Assembly (NCBI GenBank): GCA_964016885.1
Contig: OZ024746.1
Location: 11,656,001-11,720,000 of the forward strand
Length of the DNA: 64,000 nucleotides
Direction: 5' to 3'
DNA from: Eledone cirrhosa
Taxonomy: Eukaryota
A program made the translations under genes and the position numbers. The number at the start of each line of letters is the position of its first letter. Position 1 is the first letter of the stretch. Shown piece by piece: positions 25,704 to 38,805 of this stretch. The notes below the pieces were generated by a model, which did not search any database, had not been told where the DNA came from, and was given only the letters and a program-made list of their open reading frames with translations.

Positions 25704-25913
25704 TTAACTCTTAACATACTGTAATGATTTAGCAGAAAATATTTAAAAGCTAGTTTGTTGATTCAAATGTTTATAGTATCTTTGTAAGTAGAGATTGCTG
25801 AGTAAACTAAAGTAAAAATTAACTTTTTATGTAATGTAGCCATCATGCTGTTTTGTATTTTTCAAAACTCCTTGTTAATGTGGTTTTAAGCTATACAGGA
25901 GGTTAAGAGTTAA
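25704..25913. mobile_element. TTAA-type MITE family C
   Basis: TTAACTCTTAAC...GTTAAGAGTTAA termini. Inverted homolog of 28028-28219. Confidence 0.7.
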
Positions 25914-25999
25914 AGTACAAAACACACACACATATATGTACACATCCTACAATGATAAATATCCTGACCATAGAGGAAAAAACATTTTATAATCTGTTA

Positions 26000-27787
26000 C
26001 TAGGAAGATAAGGTTGTTCAGATGAGTTTCATTGATGAATTGATATGAAGTTTGAAGAGTTGGGAGTTAGTGTATTGCTGGAATATTGTTGGAAATATTT
26101 CTATTTGACACAACAGAATGATAGCAAAACTGATTAGGGACAGAATTAATCTTGATGCGATGCATTTTGGCTTTCTGTCAAGAAGTACAACCAATGCCAT
26201 GTTCCTAGTGAGATAATTGTAGCAGAAGTACTTAGCTAAGAAGAAGCCCCTATACCTAGCATTCTTCAACCAGGAAAAGATATTTGACAAAATCACACAC
26301 TATGTAATTCAGTGGGCTCTTAGGAAATTAGGGATAGATGAATGGCTTGTAAGGGCAGTAAAAGCCATGTACAGGGGGTGCATTCAGCAAAGTGAGAGTT
26401 AACAATGAGTACAGCAATAAATTGACAGTGTGAGAAGTCCAACAAGGTTCAGTCCTCATCCACATGTTTATTATAGTCCTCCTAGCCATAACAGCTGAAA
26501 TCAAGTCTAGTTGTCCCTAAGAGCTCCCATATGTTGGCAATCTAGCCTGCATAGCTGAAACTATAGAAGAACGAGAAAAGTTCCAGACATGGAAGCAAAA
26601 TCTGGAATGAAAGGGCCTCAAAGTAAACCTAGCAAAGTCTGAAGTTTCAGTAAGCAGGAAAGAATATAAAACTCTGCTACCATCAGGGAAATGATTGAGT
26701 TCAATATGTAGAAAAGAGGTAGGTAGGAATTTCATACTGTGTACCCAGATTGTGGACTCAAGAGATGTAGTGGAATCACAGATAAGCTGACAAGGAAGAT
26801 AGACTTTGCATGTGGCAGATGCACATGAATGGTCAACTGTAAAGGGAACTCAAGAAATAAACTCTCTCAAATGTTCAGAAGGCTCACTAGAAGTAGTAGA
26901 AAGCTTTTGTTATCTCGGTGACTGCATTAGCAGTGATGGTAGATGCACTGAAAGTGTTATAGCCTGAGTGAGAACAGATTGGAAGAAGTTCAAGGAGCTG
27001 TTATCTCTACTGGTAACAAAAAGCTTCTCTCTCAGAGTGAAAGGCAGATTATATGATGCTTGCATTTGAACTGTTATGTGGAATGGTTGTGATTGTGAAA
27101 CAGGCCTTGAGTGCAGAAGATCTGCGATAAAAAGAAATGAAGCATGCGTGCTACAATGGGTGTGTAATATTGGTGTATGTTAAGGACACAAGTTACCTGA
27201 GAATAAGAGGAAATGAATGCAGCTTGCAACAGAATAAAATTGTACTGGTATGATCCATGTGTTATGTAAGATCAGGAGTTGTATAGAAAAAGTGCTGAGA
27301 GCTTAAAGTGGATGGAACCTGTAGAAGCAGGAGACCCAGGAAGTTATGGAACAAAATTGTGAAGAATGACCTCCAGAAACTGAACCTCATGATGAAGATA
27401 AACATAGAACCAAGTGCTGACTGTGATATGCCATAATACAAAAGACCTGCCTTTCTGTAGAAGCACTGTGTCAGAAAAAATAAATGTAGTGAGAGATCGG
27501 AAGTTACAGTGTTGGCAATTAAACAGAAACAATATAAGATTTGTGAGGACCTTTAATTTGGACTAGCATGTGACCACCTCTTTAGTGTTTGTGTCATGAA
27601 AACGCACCCAATATATCCTGTAAGGTTAGCACTCAAAAAGGAATCTGATCATAGAAACTATACCAACCAAATATGGAATGTAAGAGCAAGACAAGTTGCT
27701 CTAACTCATCTGATCTTGGACCATGACAACCATTCCAACCCATGCCAGTGTGGAAAGCAGATATAAAATAATGACGATGGTGATGAA
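26000..27787 (+). mobile_element. Decayed RTE LINE (RT through 3' end)
   Basis: KYLAKKKPLYLAF..EKIFD...WALRKLGIDEWLVRAVKAMY, QQGSVL, LEVVESFCYLGD, WKKFKELLSLL..SLRVKGRLYDAC. Ends in an (ATG)n-like tail. Confidence 0.85.
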
Positions 27788-28027
27788 AACAGAATAAAGG
27801 AGTACTTTTAATGTTTAGTGCCCAACTGTATAGAAACATAGTATTAATAGTTATTAAGTGTTAGTAAGTAAATATAATTGCTGATTGAATGTAATCAGAA
27901 ATTTGAGATTATCACTCCCAATAAGTCAAGAAAATGTTGAAGAACATAACCATCAATGACATCATAGGTGAAAGACACAAACAGAAAATCTTGTGGTTGT
28001 ATTGAATATAGGAATGTCATGAGATTG

Positions 28028-28219
28028 TTAACTCTTAACATCCTGTACTGCATGAAACCACATTAGCAAAATATTCTAGTACAAAACATCACTATGACTG
28101 CATCACTTTAAAAATGTTCGCACCAATTAATTCACTAGCAAAAATACTATACATATTTGAATTAACAAAACTGTTTTTAGACATTTTCTGCTAAATAATT
28201 ACAGCATGTTAAGAGTTAA
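28028..28219. mobile_element. TTAA-type MITE family C
   Basis: TIRs TTAACTCTTAACAT/ATGTTAAGAGTTAA. Homolog at 11402-11623. Confidence 0.75.
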
Positions 28220-29647
28220 AGAACAAATCAAGAAAAGAAATCCTAAATGACTAGTGAATATTTTGCCTCTACAGACAAAAAAGTACTTATATGCCTAACA
28301 TTGGAAGGGGGAGGTGATTACCAGGCTAGGAGCTCTTCTGCAACAGAAAAACTCAAGAGCTCAAGAAAAATTATAGCTAAACAAAATTCCCATATCTATC
28401 AAAATGATTTGTCATTTTATGTCCACTTTCTATGCTGGCAAGAGTTAGATACATTGTCACAGGCTGAGATTACACAAGTCAGGGAATCATATCTTGCATA
28501 TGCATTCCATATTTGGCTGGATGCCCTTCCTAATGCCAACCACTTTACAGAGTGCACCAAATGCATTTTACCATGGCACTACCACTTTATATCATGTACT
28601 GGGTCTAATTTTTTATGGCACCAGCACTAGAAAGATTATCACATACTCAACCTGAAGAGTTCTCTCTACCTGAATCACTGACTAAAAAGACAAGACAATG
28701 GATCAATAGGAGAGTCCCAAGTGGAAATTCTGCCATTACTGGAATAATCTCATAAAAATAAGATGAATAAATACAAGTTGCATGTTATGATAAATTAGAC
28801 CTTGTAGCTAATGCTGTATTTGTTTCTCACTGTTAATTTCTTGGTTGATTAACTCCATGCTGTAGGATTGCTCAAGCAGAACTGAGTGGTAATACTACAA
28901 ACCACCAATAATAAGCCTTGTTTATTTCCATGTTAGAATTTATTTTTTTACCATTAAAAACAATGGATCTTATGGAAATAAGCTAAATTAGCAAACCTCT
29001 ATCTACCAATCATTCTCAATATAACAAGTCTGTTTGAACAGAGCTGCCCAACAAAAGTTATAAAGACAAAGCTAATATATATAAAATTAGAAATCCACAG
29101 TAAAAACAGTTCAAGGCTTCTTCAATGCTAGAAAAGCACCAGAAACACTTTTGCAACATATTTTGCACAAGTATGTATTTGTTTAACCCTACGTCAACCC
29201 TGAACAAGCAGACCTATGAATAAAGGCTTTCCAGCTGTGGCTACTGTACATCTTTGTATTAAAACTGTGTACCTAAGATTACATTACCCAATGCCTGCTC
29301 CTATTTTCATTACTAAAAAACATTTTTTTATCTGCTTCTGATTTATCTTATATGGAAAAGACTCAAACTTGGAATTAAAAGCATCCTCATCAATAGAAAA
29401 CATGAAATATTAGCAGTGTCCAAAAAGTATCCAACAATATTTGTGTGCATAAAATTGGGAAGAGATTTAATACTTTTGACTAATTTAAACTGGCTTATTA
29501 AACATACCATAAGATTTTTCCTGAATTGCATTAAGGAAATCAAATGAAGATTAATTCCATCATAATGATACATAGTGAGAGCAGAACAATAAAAGTTTTA
29601 AGCACTCATTTAACATGTGAATTAGGTTACATAGGACTGTAGCTCTA

Positions 29648-30078
29648 GCACGGTAAGTACCTTGAAATAAACAAGGATATGCGACGGCTGGAGAGAAATG
29701 AAGCAAGCATGCTCTGTTGAATGTGTAATGCCAATGTGCGTGAACGACCAAGCATAGATGAGTTGAGAGAGAAACTGTGTATAAGAGGGATAAGTTGTAG
29801 TGTGCGGGAGAGAAGTCTGCGATGGTATGGACATATGATGCGCATGGAGGATGATCGCTAGGTAAAGAAGTGCCAAGAAATCCCAATAGAAGGAAGACGC
29901 AGTAGAGGAAGACCACGAAAAACAATGGGCGGAAGTGGTGAGAGCAGACCTCAGATCGCTGACGCTCACTGAGGAGATGACAAAGGACCATGACAAGTGG
30001 AGAGATGCTGTGCTGAATAGGACCCGTCCCACCCTTGCAAGCAGGAAAAAGCGGACATAAAATGATGATGATGATGAC
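29648..30078 (+). mobile_element. Younger RTE LINE 3' end
   Basis: DMRRLERNEASML..C...ELREKL.IRGI...RERSLRWYGHMMRMEDD..VKKC...EGRRSRGRPRKQW...DHDKWRDAVLNRTRPTLASRKKRT*, plus an (ATG)n tail. Confidence 0.9.
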
Positions 30079-32639
30079 ATAGAATGTCAAAAAAGCAAGA
30101 AATAGGAAACTGAGTGCAAAGGAATATATTCATGAGAAATTATGGATATTTGAAAATTATTAATCAGCTAAAGCAGAAATAGATGAAAATTTAGACAAAC
30201 TAGAAAGTAATATAAACTAGGATCAAGACAACATGAAAATGTAGCCATAACAGGATTTAAAAACAGAAGTAATAATATTGAAATCATTTCCAAAATTTTG
30301 TATTCATTGTAAAACTAAAGTGAAACTTATTTGATCATAGATTTTAGAACAAACTTAATGTGGCAAGAACTATATATATATTTTTTTTTAATAATTCCAC
30401 TCTATTATAATAATATTGAACACTATTGATCACAGTTTACTACTTATATTAGTACTTTTATATAAAAAGATAAAAGTAACAAGTAACATTTCCTCTAAAT
30501 TCTTAACCAGGATAAAGATGATTTTAACTACAAAGACTGAATCCACATTATAAAAAAGCTTTCAAATTACCTTAAACAAGAAGTCAAACAATGAAATTTT
30601 AAAATAATTATGGTATCTTAACACTGAAAAGATACAAATCAATAAACCTAGATTCATTTACAGTTTCAGATTGGCATTGTTTAATCTCATCTGGTGTCCA
30701 AATCTTTGTGTTCCGGAATGTATTAATGAAATAGGATTTTTTTTAAAATTTATCTCTAAATAAAAGATTAACTCTTGGCATTTTGTAATGATAAAGCAGA
30801 ACATTTCTTTAAATGGGTTTGTTGTTTTAAATGTTTATAGCAACTTTACTAATGAAAATTTGAAATAAATGAAAGGAAAGACTTCAATTTTTAATATGTC
30901 ACAATCAAAGTTGTTGCATACTTATCAAGAATGTTTTGCTAATGCAGTTTCATATGGTAAAGATGCAAGATAACAGAAATATTCACTATCATTGGTCAAT
31001 AAATGCTTAATGTCTTTTATATAAATGTTTTGTTCTATTTTCACTGAGTGAAATAAAAATGTCTAATTCAAAGGATTACAAAATTAAAGATAAAAACCAT
31101 TTAATTAAAAATTGTAATACTGTTAAATTCCTATGTAATGAATTACTAAAAGCCTATTCAAATATTAATCTACCAATTTAACTTGAGTATAATAATTAGT
31201 AACATTTCAACATAATAAGCACCTGTGTCCATTTGACTGTAAACAATATTGCATTATTGTACTTAAAAACCCAGTTTTAAATTGTATTTTGCTCAATTTC
31301 TGTATTTGAATGAAGTTTTCAAAAACTACACTTGGGTATTGGAAGTTGAAATATGAATTTCTACAATTTACTGATAAAGCAACACTTAAAATTTCAAGAC
31401 CTAAATTGCAGCATTTCAAACCTAAATTATACAAAAATAATAGAGAGGCCCTTCTATAAACAACACAGCATGTGTATATTCAGTTTGAACTGCTGTAGAT
31501 GAATGTAGACAGAGATGAAACTCCTGAGGAGTGCAACACTGTGGTGGAATTATTGGAAAAGGGATTTAGTGTAGACTCTGACTGCTGTGAAATAGAAGGG
31601 ATAGTGACGTAAGAGAAGAGATGGGTGCATTGGGTGGTAGCTGGATAGTCCATCAGTACATAGTGATGGGAGAATATTGGAGAACATAAAACATTTAAAA
31701 TAATTAAGTGACAAGGTTTTTAGAGGCTATTTGCTTGCAAGATAGACAGTCAAGGAATAAAATGTTAGAGATATATTTTATAATACAAGTAACTACCATT
31801 TTATGAAGACTAATTTGAAATATATTATCTTAGTATGTAATGTAACTCAATAATATTTGGAGTTATACTTGTTTGGCAAGTGACTTGATCTGAGATTCTG
31901 TATTGAAACTATTACACAATGAAAGAGTCATTTTAGTTATTTAAGAACACTCAAAACCTTCATTGCTGTTTATTTCTATTAAAATATAAAGAAAAACTAT
32001 ATGCAACAGAACTAGGTGAGGGAGAGAGACTAGCACACATTACTATTGTCCATTCAGATTACAAGAGTAGATTCATATTCTTGTATGCAAACTGATTGTT
32101 ACCTGCCTCAGTATTAGATCATTGTAGATATGATAGCCAAACTGAGTCTATTGAACAAATCATTGCATGTAAGTGAAATATAGAAGTAGCTTTCTTTTCA
32201 GTATAACTGCTCTACACTGCCTCTCGTATGTAAGATTTGAGGCTTTGTACACACAATTCTTCTTGACACTTTATATATGTAGAATATTTCTTAGTTTGCA
32301 ACTGTAATTCTTTCTACAGGTGAACCTGACAAGAGGGGAGAATTTTTAAATAATAGATCTGATGGAACTGCCTATTTTCCCCCATAACTTTAATATTAAG
32401 ATTAATTTCTGAGATTTTATTAAATCTGTAAGTTATTTTACTTTTGGCATGACATGTATGAACATTAAACTATCAACCTTTTGTTATCCAACTACATATT
32501 GACCACACCTATTCCCTCTTCATTGTTTTCTAGAACATTTTCAACCTTTCCTTGACGCCCTTATACATCCTGGTTCTATCCTTCTCTGTGTAGTTAGATA
32601 ACTATATACAGAAGATAGAGTACAGTTTATACTTCCACT

Positions 32640-33090
32640 GTTCAAGAGGTTGGCACAGGTGTGACACATTCCTCATTACCATTATGAGGTCTGCCATTAG
32701 GATGTTCAGTTTGGTAGTTTGTAACAGTCTTTCGTGATTACTCATGGGTTTGCCATACCTTTTCTATAATGAGAGTGGAGTATGTATGGTTCGAGTGCTC
32801 CATTGAGGGTGATATTCTCCACCTCTTTTTGAGGTTGTCTAGGACAGTTAAGCCTAAGTTTTATACTATTGGGAATGGAATTTTCTATGTGTTTCATATA
32901 GTGCATGTAACATAATCTTCATCCTTCTGTCTATCTGTGTGAGGACTCATTTTAATGATGAAGTTATTATTGTCAATATATTGAGAGTACAGTACTAGCT
33001 CAACACACCATGAGTAAGGTTGGTAGCATCTGCAGGAATTCCAACCCCAATAGCACTGCCTTCCACCAAGATATTAACTACTCTCATGCT
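32640..33090 (-). mobile_element. Penelope-like RT remnant (very decayed)
   Basis: GSAIGVGIPADATNL and QYIDNN resemble GTAMG..AP.YANL and RYIDD. Confidence 0.35.
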
Positions 33091-34477
33091 TAAAGAGGAA
33101 TGTCATTAAGAAAAGAACAAAAAACCCATTTCCTATGCTTTTGCAGTGAAATTATCTCAGTGAATATGCTGTAGAAGTGTGAGGAAGTTGTTTGATACTT
33201 CATAGTACATAATACTATTAAGAAATAAACTAAAATGAAAGAAACAATGTTGTGCACTTAAGAAGTTAAAATGTCTCTTTATGATATCATCATTTAAAAT
33301 AATATTCCTTTAGAAATCCAAAGTCTTGGAAATCAATATTTTATACCAAATTAGTGTCCTTTCCTTAATTAAATACAAAATCACATCACTAGTACTGCTT
33401 ATGAGTAATACTTATATTAGTAGAATATTGTTCAATAAAATAGTATTTCTATGTGCAAATTAGTTCCATTAAAAGTGAATAAATTAAAGGATATTTTCTG
33501 GTAGTTTCCTTTTATGTCATTCAGCTTTGCCAAAAATCACCAGAATATCTTAAATATGTAACATCCAATCTCCATGCTGGCCATGTAAAATTTCCAGTGA
33601 AAGATGTTAATAACAGCAATCCTTATTCTCAAGTGTAATAATTCCAAATGAAAGAAGATCCTGTAAGGAATACTTTTCCAAAAATATCAAGTCATTCATA
33701 GAAACAAACACAAATACTTAACTAGAAAATCTTTTTGATAGGTAGATTCCATATAACATCATAAATATAATAGATCATTTTCAAGATGAATTTGTAAACT
33801 ATTTCCACTTAGAAAGGCAAAATATAATAAAACAAAGCAAAGTTCAATAATTGGAAGCAAAACAAAGTTTAGTGATGACCAAAGTTTGATATTCAGAGAC
33901 AAAAAGTAATGTTGATCTTAGTGAGAATTAAATAGTGAAACTTGTGAGAGGAAACTAAACACTATAAATGTTGTTACATAACTCCAAGATATTTGAAATT
34001 TTCAGATTTTTTAGAGACCTGCTACTGGGTAACCATGTCAACCCAAACTCTACATAGTCAGGTCACAGGTGACTAAATCAGCAACTCCAAACCTGCTTTG
34101 TGAGGAAGGTGTTTATTGGACACTCTGCAGGACAAACACAAAAACTTGTTAAAAGGAGCCTATGAACTCAGAAGAGCCAATGGCTATCTAACAGTAACTT
34201 TACATACATGAGTATATACATGTGTAATTTCATGTATATGTAAAGGCCCATGGGAAAATAATTCTCGCCTTAATGTAGTAGAGTGGTCTTGCATACCTGC
34301 ATAATCCAATGAACTATTCCACTGGGAGTGGACAACTAGCAGGAGTAGTTGAACCATACCAGATAGGGATGTGAGAAGTGATTAAATAAAAGAAAACCAC
34401 GACCACAATAATTTGCTGGTTAGCAGAGAGTTGTGTGGCATGATGATGATAATTACTTATATCTCTCTATATATATA

Positions 34478-34712
34478 TCATCATAATCATCATCGTTTAA
34501 CAGCCATCTTCCTCGCTAGCATGGGTTGGACGGTTTTGTCTCCCTTCAGGCGATATTGGTCAGGAGACCATGTCTCGCTCATACCTAACTGTCTCTGGCA
34601 GGTTTTCTACAGCTGGATGCCCTTCCTAACACCAACCGCATTTACAGTGTGGACTGGGAGCCTTTTTACCGTGTCTCCTACACAACCACTTTACAGTGTG
34701 GACTGGGTGCTT
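34478..34712 (-). mobile_element. Non-autonomous RTE-tail retroposon fragment
   Basis: Same module as 4228-4485 and 6055-6291. Confidence 0.65.
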
Positions 34713-34858
34713 TATACACACATTTTATTTTTGTTCATTTTTTCCATGTATGAACATAAATAAATAATATATTTCTGCTCTCTTCCTGATTGAGCACCGT
34801 TTTCCTTTTCACATCTACAGATATTGCTATATATATTAAATATATATATACATACAAT

Positions 34859-35245
34859 GGAGGCACATGGCTTAGTGGTTAGACCATTGGCCTTGCAATC
34901 GAAAGGTTGTGAGTTCAATTCTCAGACCAGGTGATGTGTTGTTTCCTTGAGCAAGAGACTTTATTTCACATTGCTCCAGTTTACTCAGCTGTAGAAATGA
35001 GATGATAGGGACTGGGGTCCCTATCATTCCACTGTAAAGTGGTCGTGGAGGTGCCATGGCAAAAAAGCACCCAGCCCACACTGTAAAGTGGATGTGGAGG
35101 TGCCACGGCAAAAAAGCACCCACCACTCACTGTAAATGAGGTTGGTGTTAGGAAGGGCATCCAGCTGTAGAAATCAAGCCAGAATGAGTTCCTGTCCCAC
35201 CCTTGCAAGCAGGGAAAAGCGGACGTAAAATGATGATATGATGAT
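34859..35245 (+). mobile_element. tRNA/CORE-type SINE with RTE tail, full length
   Basis: A-box TGGCTTAGTGG and B-box GAGTTCAATTC. CORE-like CCTTGAGCAAG..ACTTT...CAGTTTACTCAGCTGTAGAAATGAG (compare the MIR core). The tail is near-identical to the RTE end at 30022-30078. Confidence 0.9.
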
Positions 35246-35910
35246 AATATACCCATACACATATCATCACTCTTTCACATCTGAGTTCCATGCTCCTTCT
35301 CTCCACCTTAGTCGTCTAACCTACGCTAGCATAGAAAGATAGATGCACCTCTCCAGTGTACTCCTAGGTACTGCTTGCTCACTCTTTCTCCTAGACCACA
35401 ACATAACCAAAACTTACATCCCTGAATTTCCACAATCTTGTCCAACGATGCCAGCATGGAGAGATGGGTGCACCTCAATGTATTATGCCTAATATCACAC
35501 TTTAAGGCCACCTCTTCCTGTCAACTCCACCCACGGCTAGCAACATGTAACCTATCCCCTTCTCTTATCACTGCCTTTTCAAGAACACAACAAGCACGCT
35601 AGTGTTGAAAAATGATGTCACAAAAACATGTACACAGACCATTGTGTAATATGGTAGCACTGGTGCCATAATAAAAAATCACTCAGTCCACACTGTCTGG
35701 CAGTATTAATGCCATGATAAAATGCACCCAGTCCACACTGAGAAGCGCTTGGCAATAGGAAGGACATCTAGCCGATGAAACCATGCCAGAATAGAACATA
35801 TTGGTGAGATGTAGACATCTGATCTGTCTAGCCTGAGAAAATGACAACCTGTCTAACCCATGCAAGGGGCATAAAAAATAAGTGTAAAATGATGACACAC
35901 ACAAACACGC

Positions 35911-35943
<33 letters not shown>

Positions 35944-37406
35944 TACGATTTGGGCATTAGTCCTTAACAAAAAAAAAAACAGACTAAGGAAGAAGTGGGG
36001 CGGGGAAATAAGAAAAACAGCAAAGGGAAGAATGATGGGCATTATTCAAAATGTGAGGAAGATGAAAATAACTGAAGGCTAGGTGAAAATGGTGTCTTCT
36101 CGGGTGGCTTTAGGACGAGGGGGAGGGGATCAATTTTATAGTGCTGGTGTACGGGTGAGAGAATATGTTCAAGTGAGAGGTGCATCGGCTGCATGTAGTG
36201 TGGCAAACTGGTCTCTATCAGGTATGTTGTGCAAATGTTTGTGTATAGTGATGCTGCTATGTGTGTGCTTGTGAATATAAGACGTGTATGTGTGCGCGAG
36301 ATTTTGATTTGTGTATTTTGTCCCGGAACTCTACCCGGAACCCATTTTGTATTACACTATGTGTATATATATATAGAGAGAGAGGGGAGGGGAGAGAGGA
36401 GAGGGGGGGCGTTAATTTTGAGTTGTAGGTTTATAGGTATATAAATAACAAACATCTACTAATGGAGTAACTACATATATATATATAAATAGTAGAGTCG
36501 TCTATATTATATGTACCAATGAACCAACACACACACAATTGAATTCCACAAATTGAAAAATACTTAATGTAGAATTAATGACATTAATTAATTGTTTCCC
36601 TTCAGATCATCGAAACGTTATAATTCATAATTTAGATAATCTATTTTCCTGGAAATATTTCTCAAATGTATTGCATTTTTAAGTTTTAATATGTACAATT
36701 TGAAGTGGAATTCAATAACAAAAACTCTGGAATGTCATCATAAACTAACATAATACTGTAAGCAAAGTTAATTTAATACTACTTTATTTGTTTTTTTAAT
36801 TTATAGCCGTTTAAATGAAGTTTAATATTTTTACAAGATAAAACGCGTCACTTAGAAGTTATCTATTTTTATAACTGTTCCCCCATAAACATTTTTTATC
36901 ATCCATTAAACAAATTTCCATTTAAAAAAAAAAAAGATTGTAAAATGATATAAAAACTCCATAGATAATGTGCTTGAGTGAAAGATATAGATAGAGTGAA
37001 AGAGAGAGCAACCTAGTGATTAAATTAATTGAAATTTAAAGATATTTATCAAAATATTAAAAACAAACGTACACTTGGGAGTAACCAAGATCGAGACCAA
37101 AACAGTGCAAAAACGTTTTAACTCAACGTATAATGCCCTCAACATGGTCTGCTTAGGAGAAAAACCCACGAAATAAAAATAAAAAGAAAGATAAATCCAA
37201 ACTGGCAATGTAATTGCAGCGAATTATTTTTACGTAGATAATCTAGTAGAAATTATATATATACGTTTGTTTAGCGAGCGAGTCCTGAGCAAAATATCAG
37301 GTTTCACTGGAGATAACTGAATATTTTAAGAATAGGAAAATACACAATAACTCGCTAATGATGCAGTAGATTATTTCTACTGGATTTCCAGTAGTTTATT
37401 TATACA

Positions 37407-37423
37407 TATGTGTGTGTGTGTGT

Positions 37424-37477
<54 letters not shown>

Positions 37478-37533
37478 GCATACACACACATTATTTATAT
37501 ATATATATATATATATACATGCATACACACACA

Positions 37534-37576
<43 letters not shown>
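37407..37576. repeat. (TG)n/(TA)n compound microsatellite
   Basis: Directly visible. Confidence 0.9.
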
Positions 37577-37580
<4 letters not shown>

Positions 37581-38456
37581 CAAACCACCTGTATAAAAAT
37601 CTAAACACTCCAAACCTAAGAAAACTGCCATGTTATTCAACTTAGATAATATTTCAAAAGGTTTCATCGAGTATCTCACGTGTAACAAAATCAACAAGTT
37701 CTATACACGCAAAAAATCGAGACAATCAAATTATTTGTGTGAAATTTTATAACTGAAATTACGGGGAAAAAAAAATAACAAAACGCCGCTACAAGGAAAA
37801 AATATAATAGAAAAAAAAATGGGGAGGAAAGGCGAAGAGAAAAAGACATGCATAGCATCAAACGATTACAAGAATAGATGTACGGGTTGTTTACGTCCAT
37901 AGATAACAGTTAAAATGACAATGTAACGTCAAACCGACGCTTCTGTTAACAAATTAGAGCGACCACAAAAATATTTGTTCGATCCTTGCTTACATCGATT
38001 GAATATAGGTCAGGTAAATGATCGGAGTTACTTCTATATGAATATAGTATAAATAACTTAATGACTGGAGACGAAACATGGGTGAATCACGAGTAGGGGG
38101 TGGAGTAGAATTACAACTTTGTCAAAACGGATTCCGTGCTCTTTGATTAACGATTTCTTAGAGGGGGTAACGAATCAGATCTGTGTGTACATTCTCCCTG
38201 GCCCTTTCGATCAATAATTACGAGTCAGGTAAACATCGAAAAAGATTACAACTCAGTCATTCCCACAGACACAACAGTTAATTTGAGATCTATAATCGAT
38301 TCGAAACGTGCGAGTTTTATTATATCCAATAGAAATAACAACAACAAAAAGATAATAAGTAAAAATGGGTGAAAAAATACACATGGAAGTTAGTGGTAGT
38401 AACTTCGTTTGACGAAACTACCAAAAAGATTTGTAATAAAAACTGGGGGATTTTAC

Positions 38457-38525
38457 CTTCTTTACGAAGCTTCATACAGTCATTATCATCTTTACCAATG
38501 TCACCACTTTTAGTATCGGTGCAAC
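38457..38525 (-). CDS. ATXN7: Ataxin-7 family protein, coding exon 2 (69 nt, phase 1-1)
   Basis: Acceptor tctgtttacttgtag| and donor AAG|GTAAAA. In frame with exon 1, giving (G)CTDTKSGDIGKDDNDCMKLRKE, similar to vertebrate GK.REVM.L..ED just before the first zinc finger. The next exon (DMxxFG..P..D.FYLVVC) was not found in the window. Confidence 0.85.
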
Positions 38526-38717
38526 CTACAAGTAAACAGACGATTAAAAGGTAATCACTTTTGGGACAACTAAAGACTTACTAAAGGATGTTGATATCGT
38601 TTTTAGTAAGTACTCCCAAAAAACCAATGTACATGTCTTTAAAAAGGCTGATCGGGAGTTTTAACTTTTCAAAATAGGCATACATCTTGTACGAAAGACA
38701 TTGATATTTAAACTCAC

Positions 38718-38805
38718 CGACATCATCCTTTAAAGGCACGTTTTCGGCCCAAACTGTCCAAGGCTGACCAGCGTATTTTGCAGGACTATCGCCTACAGTC
38801 GCCAT
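38718..38805 (-). CDS. ATXN7: Ataxin-7 family protein (ATXN7/ATXN7L, Sgf73 homolog), coding exon 1
   Basis: aaaATGGCG start. Translates to MATVGDSPAKYAGQPWTVWAENVPLKDDV, matching the ATXN7/ATXN7L1 N-terminal motif MAT...SP...G(Q/K)(P/S)WxxW. Ends in a phase-1 donor G|GTGAGT (intron starts at 38717). Confidence 0.88.

Noticed and set aside
34859-34930. tRNA gene (also at 42628 and 61063)
   Set aside because: A/B boxes are present, but there is no intact cloverleaf and each continues into the same SINE body.
38457-38525. Initial resemblance of GKDDNDCMKLRKEG to an SMYD4 TPR start
   Set aside because: The upstream exon (MAT..SP...GQPW..W) fits ataxin-7 much better.
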